A program made the position numbers and the translations under genes. From Takakia lepidozioides (Eukaryota; Plantae; Bryophyta), in assembly GCA_030704615.1 (NCBI GenBank), contig CM060732.1:82770001-82834000 (forward strand): DNA of 64,000 nucleotides. Direction: 5' to 3'. Shown one piece after another: positions 49,701-62,030 of the stretch (positions are counted from its first letter, which is position 1; each line of letters begins with the position of its first letter). Below the pieces are notes generated by a model. It saw only the letters and a program-made list of their open reading frames with translations. It had not been told where the DNA came from and did not search any database.

Positions 49701-49932
49701 TGAACAGTTGGGCACATTATGCCTGTACAATACCACTTTGTCAGCAGCTTGTGCACATTGCTTTGCTACAGCGACCCCCAGCTTGGCAGGAGTCTCCAAG
49801 AGGCAGAGTATGCTTAGAAGATATGCAGGATCAGATGGGTGCAGAGAATGTTTCTTTCAGACTCATTACCTAGCATCGCTCATACAACTGGTGAACAAAG
49901 GAAGCCGGCCTGTCTGCCAGCTTCATGCATAG
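46785..49932 (+). CDS. Secreted class-3 lipase (alpha/beta hydrolase, Atg15-like); exons 46785-47060, 47600-47809, 48302-48341, 48876-48957, 49143-49229, 49670-49932
   Basis: Signal peptide; LVEMSANAY; VLSFRGT; LLLTG|HSLGAGLA nucleophile elbow; PVIAFGSAG; ANEWDEI (Asp); QTHY (His); phase-consistent GT-AG junctions. Confidence 0.85.
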
Positions 49933-51508
49933 TTCTGCTCCCCCTTGGCTGTGCTCTGCACCTCTATTTTCAACCCATGTTTTAAGTGATACTCTTAGGA
50001 ACACTCCTTGTTGGCGGTACAGTGTGTGTTGACCTGGCAGCCAGTGCATCCAAATTGTTAGTGGAATGGGAGTGAGGCTTGTTGTTAGGCAGGTTATGAC
50101 GTTATAATAAAACCATATTGTGCATTTGCACCTTGTATATGTTCCCTGTGATATGCGGCCGCCCTCCATTCTGCATAAATCACTTCATGTGGTTTTGTAC
50201 CAGCTGAACAGGGGTTGTGTGAATTTCCCATGCTAATACATTAGGTGAACATCGTAGCAGGAAACAGGTGATTTGCCCTGCCTAATGTTCCAAGGCGGCT
50301 ACATGTGAAACTGATACCTTTTTATCCTTTTTTAAAACATCTGCATGGTACTTTACCCGTCCTGCGCACTACGCATTGCATATGTGCATAACCGGCAAGT
50401 ACTGCTAGGTATATCTGCTGGTATGCCATACCCTGGTACAGACGCTCTCCGAAGTAATTGTGCAGCTTGTTCATTACATTGCACATAATCAAGCAAGCAA
50501 AGCTGATGTCACCTCCTCAGCTGTGGCGTCAAATAGAGCAACATAGGTGCTGCATTCTTCGGTTCCACTTCTGTGCTTGGTCAGGGTCCTCGGTGTTCAC
50601 AATCCGTCTTTGAAGTCTACTTTAGGCTCGAATTCACTTAAAGTGAAAAATAATACCACCATTGCCATAGGCCCACAAAAGGATACAAGCTTTGAAGCTG
50701 AGTATTTGTAGACAGCTCTGGATGGAGAGTTCGTGTTACTAGGCTTTCTCAACAATAGTCTATGTATGGGAGTTCAAATTTCCTACAACTACGGCATAGT
50801 GGGTGGAGATTGCAAGAACTAGTTGGGCCATTTACTCCTTTCAAGTGAACCTCATACTCTTGTGGAGCATATGACATTATGATGTATGACATGAAGCAAC
50901 ACACATTGACATCTCCTGGTTTCTTTCCACCGGAACTAGGAATTGGAATTTATTGCATTGGCTTGGTTAGCAGTCATAGTTTAGTTACAAGCTTTTGTTT
51001 TATTTCCTTGTAGAGCACATTCCAGTCCATAGTGAAATTCATTTCCAAATTCCATCAGTTTGTGAGAAACTATTGGACTTGTAAAGCTTCTTCATCCCCT
51101 ACTACACACAGTTCTGAAAGTATCCATTTGAACACCTCTATTATGTGACCCACAAAGTACCATTTGGAATTATGAATGGCCCAACCCTTAACTCTATTCC
51201 TTTCCAATTTCAATCAGAAAGTTGTTCCGTTGTTCCTTTTCACAATGTAAGGTATCATAAAAAATTTCTGGGGTGCCTCATCTCTTGAATCATTTCCTGT
51301 TAGTAAACCATCCAACAGTACATGGGAGGGAAATACTTGAATTTGTGAAGTACAATTTTCTCAGCTTAGACATAAATACGTGATCAGTATGAAGGGATGT
51401 AAAAAATGTGGCAAAATTGTGCTCCAACTGTGATAGCTTCCACTGATTTGGGTAACTTGTGAGGATGAACAACACAGAAAGCTCTGGCCAGGAAGAGGCT
51501 GGTGCATG

Positions 51509-53430
51509 CTACACATACACTCCTGTCCACAGAAGCAGGAAAAGCGTCCCAAAACCCTGCACTCACCACTCGCCAACAGGAGTCTGTCAAAGAAGATTCC
51601 CATAGAGGTAAAACCTTGCCGGAGCTTTCTACAAATACAAAAAGACAGCTTTCTGATCTTGAGCACAGATCCTAAGCAAGCCCATGTAAGGAGCTGGAGC
51701 TTGCCAGTTGAGCAATAGGGTCCCATATATCCTCATTTATCAGGGGCATTGCAAGTCAATATTATTCACAATGATGCGATATCCAGACCGACGAATACAT
51801 TTGAGCTTTTCCCAGCATGACGCAGATCTGCAAACACGTGAGATATTCGTACAGGAGCTGGTCTGATCATGAGAGCCTCCCTAAAGTGCTCTGTAAGCAG
51901 GCTTCACTACCAAATCCTCAGTAGGAACATGATCTTATAATCAAAGGAATGACCTATCAAACTTGCCACCTCAGACCAGCCTTTGCCAGGAATAACGGCA
52001 GTTGGCACCAACAAACTTGCCCAACTCTTTGTAAAGTACTCCGCCTGTAGATGTTGGATAAAAAAAGAAAATATCACACAATATTTATTCTCTCTACCAC
52101 TGCTCATACCCCAACATTGCTCAGAAAGCAAACATTGCAGAAAGAAGGCCCAAAACATCGAAACCCTGTGAGATTCGCGAATCTGGCATCACAAGTAAAC
52201 AGACTGCATGACATTTGAAAAGCAACCAGGAACACTCTCCTGCCTGATGCAATCATGTATTACTCTCACATTACTTCACGGACCAAGCTGAGAAGCAGAC
52301 ACCCACCATAAAGACAGATGCCACCCCTCCCGTGGTCAGTTCTCGAGTTAGACTGCGACTGAACTTGGATGTGGTCACTTCATAGCTGCTCCGATGCATG
52401 AAACCCCCTTTACTTTGTAAGCACTCCAAGGTATTGAGCATCTGTCTATGTTTCACAAAAGTCGACAACTGACAAACTCATAGTAGACCAGTAGGGCTAT
52501 CTCTAGAACAAATTCAAAGAGAAACTGAATTAAAAAGGTACCGAACAGACTGCCCACACATAATCTACGTCTTAGAAGGACCAAGCATGGTTTTCGTCAA
52601 ATGCAAACCACAGGGCCTTTTGTTACAATGGGAAGGCTTGCGACAATCTTACATGAAGAAAGAAGCGGTCAATACAAGGCCAACGGTGAGCAGCAGCACT
52701 GCCAACATCGGATACAGGGACTCGGATATTGGACTAAAAATCTGACTTGCCACCTCTGCCTGCAGCCCACTCCCAAACGGAAAGAGCACAAAGCCAAAAC
52801 CAACAACACTGTCACTAAGAAACTCAAGAAGGCGAGGTAGCTTGCAACAAGTCCACCTCCACAGTGCCAATACAGAAGGTCTACATATTGCATAATTCAC
52901 ATGCCAGGAGAAAGTGGACACCGAGAAAGCAGGCGATGGAAGATTGAAAGAAAAAATTACTCGCTTAGCACAAAATGGGCAGGAACTGCAATGTATACGC
53001 GTGCATCCACAAACCCAAATACAAAGACAGACAATAAAATAATCGACACTTTACAAGAAACTGCACTCGGGTGATCTGTTCTAACATCGGAGGAAACTAG
53101 TCATGCGTTCAGAGCAAACACAAAAATGCAGAGCAGACAGGAAAGAACCCAGTTCAGAGCAAACGCAGTTCCCAAGGAAGACTAGAACCCCACAGCCGTG
53201 ATAGATATGCGGACATCGCGAATCACGACTATACAACACTAGATTGCATCCACAAGGGTAAAACGACCTTAATTTCTTGTCCTGCTACTGATCGAGGAGA
53301 TCGAACTACATACTTGGGAGGGCAACCCCACAGCCCATCTTTGGCTACACCCAGCAATGCCTTTGAAAAATGCATCGAAATCAGAAACCCAAGTGCCAGA
53401 AGGTAGGGCAGAGAGAATCCCACTCACCAT
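51509..53430 (-). CDS. TMEM258: Oligosaccharyltransferase subunit OST5/TMEM258; exons 53430-53428 (ATG only), 52759-52653, 52385-52307, 51556-51509
   Basis: M|AEVASQIFSPISESLYPMLAVLLLTVGLVLTASFFI|YEVTTSKFSRSLTRELTTGGVASVFM|GFGTLFLLLWTGVYV*. Confidence 0.92.
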
Positions 53431-53591
53431 TGCAGCTCGCTTGGATGCAATCCGCTGATGTGGGAAGCAAAGATTTCTCGCAGGATCCCTTCACTCGCCA
53501 CTCGAGACTCGGGAACGAGACAAGTCTCTCTCGTCATGCGAGACGCTATTCTGTAGATGGATGATACATTCATCCAGATAGAATGGATGGA

Positions 53592-53676
53592 TGATGTTGT
53601 ACGTCCAGATTAGGGTATGAGCCCTAATAGGGAGGATGTTGTTCGTCCAGATTAGGGTATGAGCCCTAATAGGGAG
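53592..53676. promoter_or_regulatory. Bidirectional promoter core with duplicated ~43-bp unit carrying inverted telo-box-like motifs
   Basis: GATGTTGT.CGTCCAGATTAGGGTATGAGCCCTAATAGGGAG x2 between the divergent ATGs at 53430 and 53736. Confidence 0.6.
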
Positions 53677-53735
53677 GCAGCCTCTAAAGTCATCTCTTTG
53701 GCTGCCAGAGCTCGAGTTGCTGTGATTCTGGAGCG

Positions 53736-55495
53736 ATGGCGGACAACAAGGCGTGCACTGTGCGCACGCGCAAGTTCATGACGAATCGCTTACTCGCTCG
53801 CAAGCAATTTGTAAGTGTTCGCGCCTTCGACCGTGTCTGGAAGTCTGTATGGGATCACGCAGAGTATGGGTGTCAGGATCTTTTGCGTGGTTGTGATGAG
53901 TTGACGGTATATATTGGGCTGTTCTTTCCTGTGCAGGTGGTTGATGTTCTACACCCTGGGCGCGCCAATGTGTCTAAGGTTAGTTTTCACTCTGTGGTCT
54001 TGAAGGGTCTAGCGAAAGCTTCAGGTGTCAAACTAGTGTGAAGTTGGGTGGCAGAGATCGCCTGTTTTTTTTCTGAGTTGGCGTTCCTTAGCTCCCTCCG
54101 ATAGAACGATGGAAGAGCGCTGGAATTTGAGCGTTGAAAGGGTTGGGAGGAAAATCGGTTCGGTTAACCGCGGTCGAAAATTTGATTGAGGGGTAGGGTT
54201 CCAGTTTACTCAACTCAATGTTGTGGGGGATTGTCAGGCGGAGTTGAAGGAGAAGCTCGCCAAGGTGTACGAGGTGCGCGATCCACAATCTATATTCGTG
54301 TTTGGATTTCGTACTCAGTTTGGAGGTGGCAAGTCCACCGGCTTTGGTCTAATCTATGACAGCGTCGATGCTGCGAAGAAGTATGAGCCCAAGCATCGGC
54401 TCATCCGGGTAACTCCTTGAACTTGGTTTGGGACTGAGTCTGCTCACTCTTAATAGAGCGATTCAGCTGTTTTAAATTTGAGTTGACTTGGATGCTGTCC
54501 CCAATCAAATGAGCTTCTATTTTCTGAAGCTTCCCTTTTTGAATATTTGTGAGTTTGAGTTATACCAGTGTAAGAGTAGATGACATAAGTCTCTGGTGTG
54601 CCACGAAGAATAAGCATTTAAGTTTTGTCTTTGTGTCTCCTTTGATGAGGTCCATTATCCATGCTATCTTGTCCCCAGTCTGCTGAGTTGTGTCGTCACT
54701 CACAATGGTCGTAAGAAGTTCTGCTACGATAGAATATTGGATGAGATTGCCTAGACTGCAGTGGTTCACTCAGTAATTCTAGTTATATTGACACTCTTTA
54801 CAAGCTGTACTCTAAACCGAGTGGCACAGTTGCGGTTGCAACTCCCAAGCATAGGTCAGTAAGGTTAGCTGTGGGGAGCTGTTCCATCCTGAAATTGTCA
54901 CCCCGGTGGACAGTTTTACCCCATGGAGTCTGGCTCTGAGGTATGTGGATGGCAAAGCTAAATTGTGTGGGTTTTGCAGAATGGACTCGCAACAAAGGTG
55001 GAGAAGTCAAGAAAGCAGATAAAAGAACGCAAGAATCGGGCCAAGAAGATTAGGGGTGTTAAGAAGGTTTGTGCACCTATCCTCTCCCCTAGTGTATGAT
55101 GTAATTTCTTTTAGACCTCAATGGAGACAATGAGCTGCATGTTAAAACATCCCCAAAGGAAGGTAGGTTCATAGCTACCTGTCTTCCTTCTTAAGTAAGT
55201 GGTAAATTTGTTGGAAGCTCATTAGTTCAGTTGCTCCCAAATTTTCCACCTTTCTTTGCATCTAGATCACCAAGACGTTACGTTTTCTAATTTGTGGTCA
55301 TGTTCGGCTCTGTGGATCCTCTGTTAGCACATCGAGGAGGCTGATTTTCCACTACATCTTACTCTAGCACACAGGGCTCTTTCTCAGTTTGTAATTGATT
55401 GTTGACCTAGGCTCGTTGCCAGGGATCTAATATGGTCTTGGTGACTGCTGCAGACTAAGGCATCTGGAGATGCGAAGGCAGGCAAAAAGAAGTAA
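53736..55495 (+). CDS. RPS24: 40S ribosomal protein S24 (eS24); exons 53736-53810, 53937-53978, 54238-54408, 54980-55066, 55454-55495
   Basis: [25 protein letters not shown]|[14 protein letters not shown]|AELKEKLAK...[20 protein letters not shown]...|[29 protein letters not shown]|[13 protein letters not shown]. Confidence 0.98.
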
Positions 55496-56529
55496 ATGTG
55501 GTGGCGAGTTTCAGGCTCCAGTGAGGACTTCTGGCCATTGCCATGTATCATCTTGTGTTGTGTGTTACAACTTTGTTGGGACTAAACACGGGAATGTGCA
55601 GTAAGCAGCAGGCCCAAGGTCAGTTGCAGAGGTTTTGTCGTGTGAGTTTTATAAGAGGGTGGGATCTCTGGCATGGCCAGGGGTTGATTTGAACTGTGCT
55701 GTCTCGAGCATCTTTGGAATTTTTTGGAAACTCCATGTGGAATTTGTGTGGATGATTTTCTGATTGTTTTAGGAAGGAAGTGTGCTGTTTGACACAAGTC
55801 TGTAGAGCTGGGTAGTTTACCAGCCATGAAATGATGAGTTGGATCAAGTGAACATTGAAATTTATTGAGAACTGCAGGTGGTGGGCTGAAAAGCCAGCCT
55901 TTTTGCACTCCCAGTTCCCTGCATGTACTTGTAAGATGACCTAGCTTTGTATTAGTGCTACACCGGACTACAGGATGAACAGAACCAGCCAACCATTGCT
56001 TGCTATAAGAAATGTTGAAAATGCTACTGATTGCAAAGTAGGTGCTGCGGTCATCAGAAAGATGGTCAACCTAGCAAATACCTGCTGCATAAACGGCCCA
56101 GAGGCAAGCCCTAAATCTTTGTCCTCTACCCTCTTTTTCAAGTAGCCAGTCCCAATGTGTACCTGGGCATGTCGCACAATCCCATTCCGTGGAGATCCTC
56201 CTGCTCGAACTTACCATCCTTTTTCTTATAGGAAGTTACAAATAGGTGCTTTATAAGCTCTGATGACAGCCCCCGTGTTTTCCCCTGTACTCACCACACA
56301 TGAGTCTTGGTCAATTTTTTGCAGTCCTACTAAAACTTGCGCTTCCTGATCATGCTTATCTTGTTGTACTTGGACTGTTCAACCCATTTTGCCAGCAGAC
56401 TACCCAGCATTGTCTGTCTTGTGTATATTGGTGAGTACAGAGGCTTAAGAAATTCACATAACTGAAGAATGGTGAAATGGGACTGGAAATTCCTGGCATG
56501 CAGTGGTGGAAGATAAGAAAGACCTGCAA

Positions 56530-58683
56530 GAGGAGCTTAGGGCGATGCACACCATTAGCCATAAAGGAGGAGATACGCCGCAGCACCCTGGACCTAAAGA
56601 ATTGCAGCCGTGCCTTTTCTATCAGCTCCTGTAACCATGGCTATGCCACCTGCTCTCACAAGATGAACCAGAATTTTGCAATGATTAGACAAACAAGAAA
56701 TGAGACCAATAACAGAGACACAAGGATACAAACACCTCTGCTTAGAGATTCAATTGGAAAAAGACAGGAGATCACACCAAGTGGTAACAGGATAGAGCAC
56801 ACTAAAGAGAGATATAGCTAGAATCGACTAGAACAACACAACTAGAACACACAGAAAAAACAGCACACAGAAAGAAAGAAACTTTGTAACATGGGTGAAG
56901 GTTTCATTTGGAAGTGGTCATTACTTTGGTAAGTGCAGTAGGCCAGTAGACCGAGATAGGCAACAAGACAGCCAGCAAGGGCAGCTTGAGAGCCCTCAGC
57001 AAAATGGCTTGGCAGCAGGGGTAATTGCACAAAGATGAATGGGAGTGTTGATACCATCATTATCCATGCCCCCAAACAAGAAACAGTCAAAGACTGAACT
57101 TGTTTCAGTCACATGAAATCCTACGGGGGGAGGGGAAAAAAGGCTGATGAACACCATCACTGCAATTACTGACACAGATGTTATCTCAACATGTACAAAT
57201 GACAAAACAAGCAACTTTCCTGAATGGAGTACATGGCACTTCATTCCACCAGTCTGGTATTCCATAAGCAGAAAAACACCATGGTACGATATCACTTAAA
57301 AATCCCACAATCAGCCTATGCAGGAAAACCATCTCTATTCACAACTGTACAGGCTTCCACATTTTCTCGTCATCCAGAACTGAGAAGGATTTATGCTCAT
57401 CAGTGGTGACGCCTGTCCCAAACAGGTCAAGGCCCCGAGTGAGGGTGAGGTTGGACGCAATTCTAGAGGGACCAGACAAGTCACAGTGGCCTGCTAGCAG
57501 CAAGCCCGCCCAAGCAAATGTAAGCAGCATCACACTTGACCCTGCCAGCACTCCCACCCCCACCATCACCCCCTCTTGCGCCTGCAGGCGCAAATTCCCT
57601 CACCAATAATTGTAACACAGTTCTGAACTTCTTCAATACTCATGTGCACACCACTCTAAGGAACCCATTGTGTCTATGTACACACCACCAAAAGCTCCAT
57701 ATCCCATAGTAGCAACCAAGCCAAGGATCTGCAGAGGTGAAAATGGTTCCTCCAAACAGGTATGGTTCCCACTACAGCTGTGTCAGTCCCACTGTCACGG
57801 CACCTCTCCTCTGTCATTTGTGCTCTCTCCTCACTCGATCAATCCACATGCTTGTAACTGAGAGCAGATGAAAATTGGCAAAGATGGTCAGCTGACCTGC
57901 TGGACAGAGCCCCCCAGCGCCTGACACCAGGATCAAAAGGGAATCCGGAAAGGCTCCTAGGAAGGGGAGGAGCAGCCCTCCCAGCAACCCTGGATCCATC
58001 ACCTTCAAACCACAGCACTATAGGTTTGAGAGCCCAGCTCTTTCCACAGCATGCTATAACCTGGCTCACTCACAAGAAGCTGAAAAGAAGAGAATCACTC
58101 ACTAAAAAAGCTACAAGACGTTTAGATTTCAGTGCCTGGAGATCCAACAGCAGACAGCCATAGGAAAGAGTGGCGGCTCTAACCTCAAGCAGAAGCTCAC
58201 TTCCGTCAGAAATGAGTTTGGCAGCAATGAGGAGCAGGAAACCATAGACCACCATCAAGAACAAGTTACCCCCCACACTGACAGAGCATGGCAAGATCCC
58301 ATATGTCTCCTCACATGCACAGCCACTATTTGCAAGTCGAAAGATTTCGCCTCCTTTGAAACCACTTGACTGGATTGCCTATGAATTTGGAGTGGAAATG
58401 AAGCTGTTCATAAAACCTGCTGAGGATGCTGTGTGCATCATGAAAACTCCAGGGTCCCATTTGACTGGTTCAGTCACAAAAGCCAGAGTGGGAGCTGAAA
58501 CGCTTGCATGAATTAGAACCTGAGAAGATTGCATGGTAGGTTTAGCGCCCTGGAGCTGAGCTTGATTGTCTGAAGGGACTTCATTGGCCAGCACACCATC
58601 CACAGCAAAACTAGGGGATGCTAAATGCATAGACAGGGCAAGTGAGAGCAAGGAAACAATCACAGGGTTACTACCGACCCATA
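56530..58683 (-). pseudogene. NCL: NCL Na+/Ca2+ exchanger-like, N-terminal half
   Basis: CEETYGILPCS..VGGNLFLMVVYG...GSELLLE|VMDPGLLGGLLLP.LGAFPD..LILVSG; VGVGVLAGSSVMLLT; TGVTTD; AWIMMVS; stops just after the ATG and at 58379. Confidence 0.85.
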
Positions 58684-59907
58684 TTGCCTGCTGCTTAGCA
58701 CGTTTTATCTCTCTGATAGTATCTATACTCCTTGCCCAAGCTGCTGTTTTAAGCGATCTACAGCATCAAAGGATGGTTCGTGTCCAAAGTCCTTAGCACA
58801 TCCAGACTGGCCCTCTATAGTCTCTCCCCTGAGATGCTCTTGAGATTGTGTGCTTGGACGATTTTCAAAAATAGAAGTAGGACGGGGTGAAAAATATGAA
58901 CAATTACAAGGTAACCCATCTCCCTGTTGTTGCTTGCCCTGCAGAAGGCTGCTAAGGCCCCACACTCTGGAAAGTGGAAGTAGTTGCATTTCCCACATTT
59001 CATTTCCTGCTTAAACAGTAGAGTATTTATCAGACACTCAATCCACCTGCAAAGCAATCGTGCAAAATTGCTTAAATTCTATTCGGTGTGTGCAGAATCA
59101 CCAAGCACATGGGTAGCAAACCAGGTGTGCTAGACCATGGGAAAATGAAGAAAGAAAGCTGCCCAAGGTGTCTGTGTGGTTTTTAGCAGGGTGAACCCTT
59201 CTCTTGTTGCAATCCTGTTTGCAGAGGTATTTAGAATATTTTGAATGCTCTTGAAGTTATGGAAACTTCCCAGATTGTGAAAGGTACTTCTTGGGCAATG
59301 TGCATCCTTGCATTGGAAGGTCCAATTGAATCAGTCTATTACAGCTCTTCCATCAAACCATTTTGAGTATGTATGTGATGCATAAGATGCTTCAATGAAC
59401 TTGAAGTCTGGAACATTGACATAAACATGTCTCACTCCCGGAAGTCTCTTATTGCGAAAATCCTTCATCTGGAACAGTCAGTTACTCATGCATAGACGTG
59501 GAAAGGTCACTTGCAGTTATACTTGAAGACCTGCAATCTCTTATTCGACACGATCTTCTGGAACTTCATTCAAACAGCTTATCTTTGGGAATGCAAGCTT
59601 AATTACCTACCTGTATCCATGAATTGCAGGATAGCTTTGCTCTACCACCAATCTCTTGCCCTCCATACATCTCCACCAGCGGCTCTGCTATCTGCTTGAA
59701 CTGTTGCCCCTCCATTTCCGGTCTCGTGATCCACTCTCAGGAGGGCTGACACCCAGTAGTCTCATTCCGAGCCACAATCGTCATGGACGTTCATATTTTG
59801 GGGCTAAGACAGTGCGTCCATTTCAGGGGATGCTTTTGATAACAACATCTCTTACAGCAGTAAATAATCTTCCTAAAGATGAATATTGTATTCGGAAAAT
59901 GGATGGT

Positions 59908-62030
59908 ATAATACAAAAAAGCTGCCGTGTATCTTGCCCTGGGGCAGCAATTGCTGCAGTGTTTGCAGACCCAGTGGTGGACAGCATAGGGCGATTCTCT
60001 GCAGCCTCTGGCATACCACCGTTCTTTGTGGCCTTTGTTGTAACCCCCACTTGCCTCGAACGCAAGTGAACAGCTCTTAGCATAGACTGCTAAAACACCG
60101 CCATGGCCACCTGTTAACCAAACCGGAAGATATCAACAATGAAATCTGGATCCAAGCCTCATCCTCTTACACAGCTACCGTCGTGAACTCTCTACACCCT
60201 CATAAACACATCTCCACGTTTGAAAGATATCAACAATGAAATTTGGATCCAAGCTTATCCTCCTACACACCTATCGTCATGAACTGGTTACACCCTCATA
60301 AACACATCTCCACCTGCATGTGTAAAGTCAAGCACTACCCATGGCACGACCGTGTTGGTTTATCACTGGACAAACGTGGCTCCCCCGACGACCATATCCT
60401 CAACTTCTACTACGTAAGCTACTCAACTATAGAAGAACCATAGATGTGAATAAACCCCCCACTTGTATGAATGGGTTGTATGAATATTGGGCAACAGTAT
60501 GCCACATCCAAGTGTCTGTGGGTCTCTGTGAAGAGACAGTAATAGAAGTCTGGACGGATGTTGGTTGCAGGAAGGAAAGATGGAAGCAAACGTGAAGGTG
60601 CAAGGTGGGTTGGGTGGAGGGAGGTGTTGATCAAGGTGCGTTCGGGGGGTTTGCTGTGGCGGTGTGCATCCAGTGTGGGTGCTGTGTGCTGCATCTGCTG
60701 CTCGCGTGAGAGGGCCATCCCACATGGGGAACGTAAGCAGCCAAGGTACTGGAGAGTCTCCATCCCTATCCTCAAAGTCTCTTGTTAATGCCAGCAAGGA
60801 TTCCCCTGCACCCATAGCCAGCTTCGATGCGGACAGGGAGAAAGATGTGGCTGTGCCTCCAGCGGAAGCCCCAAAAAAGAATATCTGCTGCGCATGCCCG
60901 GACACCAAGCGGCTGCGGGACGACTGCATCGTGGAGCACGGCCAAGACGCCTGCACCAAATGGATTGACGCCCACTTACAATGCCTGCGCAGCGAGGGTT
61001 TTAAGATTTGACGTGTCCCATGTTACCAACGGGTTTCCGTGCTCTGCTGGACAGGTTACAGTTCGCTTGGCCGGTGTGAGAGGCAGGTTGGAGGCAGGAG
61101 TGGAGCTGCAGGCTGCAAATTTCAGCATACGTAGGACAGAAGGGATTTTTGAGGGAGTACACATGTGTTTAGGTATATGCTAAGTACATAAATGCAACAA
61201 CCAGGGCGTGAAACACCGCTCTCTCCCACTAGCAATTCATCAATACATGAATATAGCACAATCACTGCATACCTGTTCATAAGGGGTCGCAAGGAGGAGG
61301 AGGAGAACAGGTATGCAGTGATTGTGCTATATTCATGTTATGATGAATTGCTAGTGGGAGAGAGCTGGAAAACAGCGCAAACGCAACATCTTTCTGACTT
61401 TCTCCCAAGTTTATGGTGCTATCACCATGAACAACACACTGTATGTCATCCCTCTCTCTTTCTGTTTGTTTTATTTCTTAATTTGTTATGCACACTTTGG
61501 GCTTCCTGTGGATTCTATGAAGTTCCTCTATTTCTTTCTCTTTCCTCCCGCTGTGGGTGGAGCTCAGAGATCTTCATTTGAACGATTCTTCTCCAATAAG
61601 TCCAAGGCTGTGAACTACATTTGTGAAATTTCAGCTCCCTACGAGCTTCCGATGAAGCATTGATCACCTGGGGATGATAACTAGGGAACTCATGGTTAAG
61701 TGATTGGGTAGTGAATGCGAAGGATGGGTGCTGATCACATGATGACAGGGACCTGCAGTCAAGCATGGAGGGGTGATGTAATGTGGTTGTTTGATGCATA
61801 TGCTTGCTATTCCCTACAGGTGTCTTGCCATATTTTTGGGCCTGGTGTATTTGCGTGGTCTCACTTGGGACTTCTCTAGCGAGGTACTTGTGTGGTGCAT
61901 TGATGGATGGTCATTTACAACATGTGCATCTCACTCACTGTCCTTTCCCCAGTTCCTTATTACTTTCCTTCAACATGTGCCTTCAGACCGTCCATTGGGC
62001 CCATGATGGCCTTTGTGTTGAGCAGTAGGC
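59908..62030 (+). pseudogene. NCL: NCL C-terminal half in three pieces (59908-60075, ~61365-61440, ~61820-62030)
   Basis: GAAIAAVFADPVVDSIGRFSAASGIPPFFVAFVVTP(L)ASNASE; LTFSQVYGAITMNNTL|CLAIFLGLVYLRGLTWDFSSEVLV; frameshifts. Confidence 0.85.
60724..61011 (+). CDS. COX17: Cytochrome c oxidase copper chaperone COX17
   Basis: PKKNICCACPDTKRLRDDCIVEHGQDACTKWIDAHLQCLRSEGFKI*: CCxC plus twin CX9C; intact single-exon ORF. Confidence 0.95.
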   Translation: MGNVSSQGTGESPSLSSKSLVNASKDSPAPIASFDADREKDVAVPPAEAPKKNICCACPDTKRLRDDCIVEHGQDACTKWIDAHLQCLRSEGFKI

